A stretch of 64,000 nucleotides of DNA, taken from the NCBI GenBank assembly GCA_965237955.1, contig OZ250169.1:6272001-6336000 (forward strand). Direction: 5' to 3'. This stretch comes from Candidatus Marinacidobacterales bacterium. GTDB lineage: Bacteria > Acidobacteriota > Vicinamibacteria > Marinacidobacterales > SMYC01. Made by a program: the position numbers and the translations under genes. The notes under the pieces were generated by a model. The model had not been told where the DNA came from. It saw only the letters and a program-made list of their open reading frames with translations, and made no database searches. Below are positions 61,131 through 64,000 of the stretch, one piece after another (position 1 is the stretch's first letter; every line of letters starts with the position of its first letter).

Positions 61131-62654
61131 ATGCCTATCGTCCTCGACGGTTCGTCATTGACGGTTGAAAAACTGGATCAAATCGCTAGACGAGGTGAAC
61201 CAGTTGAGCTCCATCCCGACGCCCTTGCGCGAATCAAGGTGTGTCGAGCCATGCTAGAAAAAAAAATTGCTGCGCGAGAGACCATGTATGGTGTCAACAC
61301 GGGCATCGGAGAGTTCTCTGAAGTCGTTCTCGATGACGAACAAGTACAGCAGTTCCAGAAATACCTGATTTACAACCATGCCGCGGGGATTGGTGAGCCC
61401 GCAGCGATCGATGCGGTTCGGGGCGCCATGGCGAGTCGCATCAATGTTCTCGCCAAAGGGAACTCAGGGTGTCGGCCGGAGATCACCGAGACCCTCGTGA
61501 CGCTACTCAACAAAGGCGTGACACCTGTCGTCTGCCAAAAAGGCTCGGTCGGTGCCAGTGGTGATTTGGCCCCCATGGCTCAAATCGCTTTGTTGATGAT
61601 GGGTGAAGGCGAGGCCTTTTATGAGGACAAGCGCCTGCCGGCAAGAGAGGCTATGGAAAAGGCCGTGGTACCCATACCCGGACTCCAAGCTCGCGATGGT
61701 CTAGCGACAATCAATGGTTCCAATTTCATGACATCGATGAGCGCGCTACAACTCTACGACATTGACCGCTGGCTCAAGCAGGCAGAAATTGCCTGTGCGA
61801 TGTCATTGGAAGCACTCTTTGCAAACCTGAAGCCCTACGACGTGCGCTTGCACGAAAAACGCGGCTTTGCCGGTGCCGTTCGCTCTGCAAAGAGCATCAT
61901 GAAGTGTGTGGAGGGTGGCGATCTCGTGACGGGAAAAATCAAGACCCGAGTGCAAGATGCCTACTCCATGAGGTCCTCCCCGCAAGTGATCGGTGCCGTT
62001 CACGATGCCGTCGCCTATGCAAAAAAGCAGGTCGAGATCGAACTAAACGGTGTCGGAGACAATCCTATTTTTCTTCCCGAGGACCAACTGATACTGACGG
62101 GCGCGAATTTTCAAGGCACTCCGGTTTGCTTGCCGATGGACATGGTGGGGGCCGCCGTCACGATGGTATCCGTCCTTTCGGAGCGTCGTTTGAACCGTCT
62201 CACCAATCCCGCATTGAGTCAGGGGCTTCCTGCCTTTTTGACCAAGGGTGCAGGTATGTTCTCCGGCTTGATGCTCAGTCAGTACACGGCGGATTCCCTC
62301 ATCGTTGAACAGAGAATCCTGTCGGCCCCGGCAAGCACGATGTCCATTCCCGCCGCCGCCGATCAGGAAGACTTTGTTTCTATGGGAATGAATACGGCGA
62401 TCAAGAACCTGCAAATCCTGGACAACGCCTATGGAGTGCTCGGCATCGAGCTCATGGCGGCGGCTCAGGCGTTGGATTTTCGGGACTTTCGGCCAGGTCG
62501 TGGAGTCTCCACTGCGCATAGCGTCGTACGCTTGCATGTGGAGCATTTGGACGAGGACCGACCACTGTACGGTGATCACGACCGAATGAAAGCTCTTGTG
62601 GCTAGCGGCGAGATCTTGGAAGAAGTCGAAAAAGAAGTAGGCAACCTTGGGTAG
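61131..62654 (+). CDS. MIO-dependent aromatic amino acid ammonia-lyase (HAL/PAL/TAL family)
   Basis: YGVNTG, GSVGASGDLAP (ASG forms MIO), QDAYSMR, DNP, GANF, QEDFVSM. Confidence 0.9.
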   Translation: MPIVLDGSSLTVEKLDQIARRGEPVELHPDALARIKVCRAMLEKKIAARETMYGVNTGIGEFSEVVLDDEQVQQFQKYLIYNHAAGIGEPAAIDAVRGAMASRINVLAKGNSGCRPEITETLVTLLNKGVTPVVCQKGSVGASGDLAPMAQIALLMMGEGEAFYEDKRLPAREAMEKAVVPIPGLQARDGLATINGSNFMTSMSALQLYDIDRWLKQAEIACAMSLEALFANLKPYDVRLHEKRGFAGAVRSAKSIMKCVEGGDLVTGKIKTRVQDAYSMRSSPQVIGAVHDAVAYAKKQVEIELNGVGDNPIFLPEDQLILTGANFQGTPVCLPMDMVGAAVTMVSVLSERRLNRLTNPALSQGLPAFLTKGAGMFSGLMLSQYTADSLIVEQRILSAPASTMSIPAAADQEDFVSMGMNTAIKNLQILDNAYGVLGIELMAAAQALDFRDFRPGRGVSTAHSVVRLHVEHLDEDRPLYGDHDRMKALVASGEILEEVEKEVGNLG

Positions 62655-62763
62655 GTCTTCCGACTAACTTCCCCGTAATCGAACGTCTTTCCTGAGCAGC
62701 CAATCAGTCAATCTCAATCAATTTCTCCGTTTCCCCTTTTGATGCCGTCTGGGGTTTGCTTTA

Positions 62764-63132
62764 TTACAATGTGTTAAGCACTATCAACCTCTCCTCGACG
62801 ATCTCACCTTCGATGAGATGTTTTTGAAGAATCTCTTCGAGCACGTCGGGCGTGCACCCGCCGTACCATGCCCCTTCGGGGTACACGACCGCGATCGGGC
62901 CGCCTTCGCAAATGCGCAGGCAGTTCGCTTTCGTGCGCGCTACGCCACCCGATTCGGATAGCTCGAGCTCCTTGAGCCGTTTCTTGAGATAGGCCCACGA
63001 CTCGAGCGACAGTTCTTTGTCGCAACACTTCGGCTCTGTTTGATCGCAGCAAAGAAAGATGTGTCGGCGCGTCGAGGGAATGCCCACGGCACTCGCTGCA
63101 AGCTGTAGTCTCAGCTGGAGATCGTCGTTCAT
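62764..63132 (-). CDS. Thioredoxin-like [2Fe-2S] ferredoxin
   Basis: HIFLC...[20 protein letters not shown]. Confidence 0.88.
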   Translation of the reverse strand: MNDDLQLRLQLAASAVGIPSTRRHIFLCCDQTEPKCCDKELSLESWAYLKKRLKELELSESGGVARTKANCLRICEGGPIAVVYPEGAWYGGCTPDVLEEILQKHLIEGEIVEERLIVLNTL

Positions 63133-63821
63133 CGCGCGAGCTCGAAGATAAATGACAAGCCAATGAGAACGGCGGCAACGCCGATGATGCCTTGAAGGCC
63201 GTTGTGAAACGACTTCGACGTAATCAGTCGCGCTGAATAACGGAGCGGCATCGAAATCGCGACCGATAGGAGCGCCATGCCGAGTATCGATCCGGCACCG
63301 AACACGCCGATGTAGAGAATGCCCATCGCGACGGATGGCGCCTTCGCGATTGCCAAGAGAACGAGCGCCGCCGATCCCGCTATGCCGTGCATCAGGCCGA
63401 CGACCAGGGCGCGTCCTGGAAACCCATGGCCATGCTCATGACAGTGTCCGTTTTCCTCGGCATGAGAGTGTGCATGAAAATGCGTCGTCCCGTCGTCGTG
63501 CGCGTGCACGTGGAAATGCACTCGGTCGCGTAGAAGTCGCCGCAGGACATCGGCGCCAAGTCCGACCAGCATGACGCCAACGGCGAGCTCGAGCCCCCAT
63601 GCGATGCGCTCGGGTACGACCGTATCCGCCAGGAGAACGATCGTGCCAACGATGAAGAGCGTAAGTGTGTGGCCCAAGCCCCAGACGGCACCTATTCGAA
63701 GAGCTTGGACCCAGGACGTCGGGCGCGTCGACAGGCTGGTGAGTGCCGCGACGTGATCCGCCTCCAGGGCGTGACGCATGCCGAGTAGAAAGCCGATCGT
63801 GGCGAGGCCGACCCAGCTCAT
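63129..63821 (-). CDS. UreH/NiCoT-like nickel/cobalt transporter
   Basis: [15 protein letters not shown], His-rich loop, GLMHGIAGS; start at 63821 or 63842. Confidence 0.85.
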   Translation of the reverse strand: MSWVGLATIGFLLGMRHALEADHVAALTSLSTRPTSWVQALRIGAVWGLGHTLTLFIVGTIVLLADTVVPERIAWGLELAVGVMLVGLGADVLRRLLRDRVHFHVHAHDDGTTHFHAHSHAEENGHCHEHGHGFPGRALVVGLMHGIAGSAALVLLAIAKAPSVAMGILYIGVFGAGSILGMALLSVAISMPLRYSARLITSKSFHNGLQGIIGVAAVLIGLSFIFELAR

Positions 63822-63842
63822 GAAGACCAGAGCATACTGCAA

Positions 63843-63967
63843 TCAACCGACGCGCGCTTTTGCCGGTGCCGCAGCGCTTTTTCGGATGCGATGCGCGAGC
63901 TTCGACATCGTCACCGCGTTTCCGAGGGCATGTGGTAGCCGTAGCCACTCGTTCCCACGTGAATCAT
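63843..63967 (-). pseudogene. Internally deleted DUF72-family relic
   Basis: MIHVGTSGYGY (DUF72-type N-terminus) joined out of frame to HALGNAVTMSKL...ARVG* (C-terminus-like). Confidence 0.65.
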
Positions 63968-64000
63968 CGTTCAGGCACACGCATCCTGTTCAAACTGACA

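Overview
GC-rich bacterial chromosomal segment. Gene content and synteny suggest Acidobacteriota (inference). The left half is mostly housekeeping and envelope genes on the minus strand: a SpoIID/SPOR lipoprotein, a TonB-like protein, gnnA-like/lpxI/lpxA/fabZ/skp/bamA, clpC, lolD/lolCE, lysS, nusB and ribH. A nucleoside salvage and catabolism cluster follows (upp, pdp, nupC, PNP, cdd, hpt, rpiB, deoC), then mocA-like/yqeC. Further right are a complete ISL3 element with 8-bp target duplication, mlaEFD, uvrB, ispH, amino-acid catabolism genes, a Ser/Thr kinase and an apparently lower-GC MIO ammonia-lyase. No rRNA, tRNA or CRISPR array was found. Most notable: (1) DeoC and RpiB carry N-terminal extensions resembling microcompartment-cargo modules, beside a nucleoside catabolic operon with no shell genes in the window; (2) several 'hollowed-out' genes keep only their first and last codons; (3) the ISL3 sits in the -10 box of a near-consensus promoter and carries a long, highly structured leader; (4) there are several intergenic 7-mer and 8-mer repeat families, one copy interrupted by a MITE; (5) several single-base frameshifts may be sequencing errors. 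All assignments are by manual motif recognition; no database search was run.
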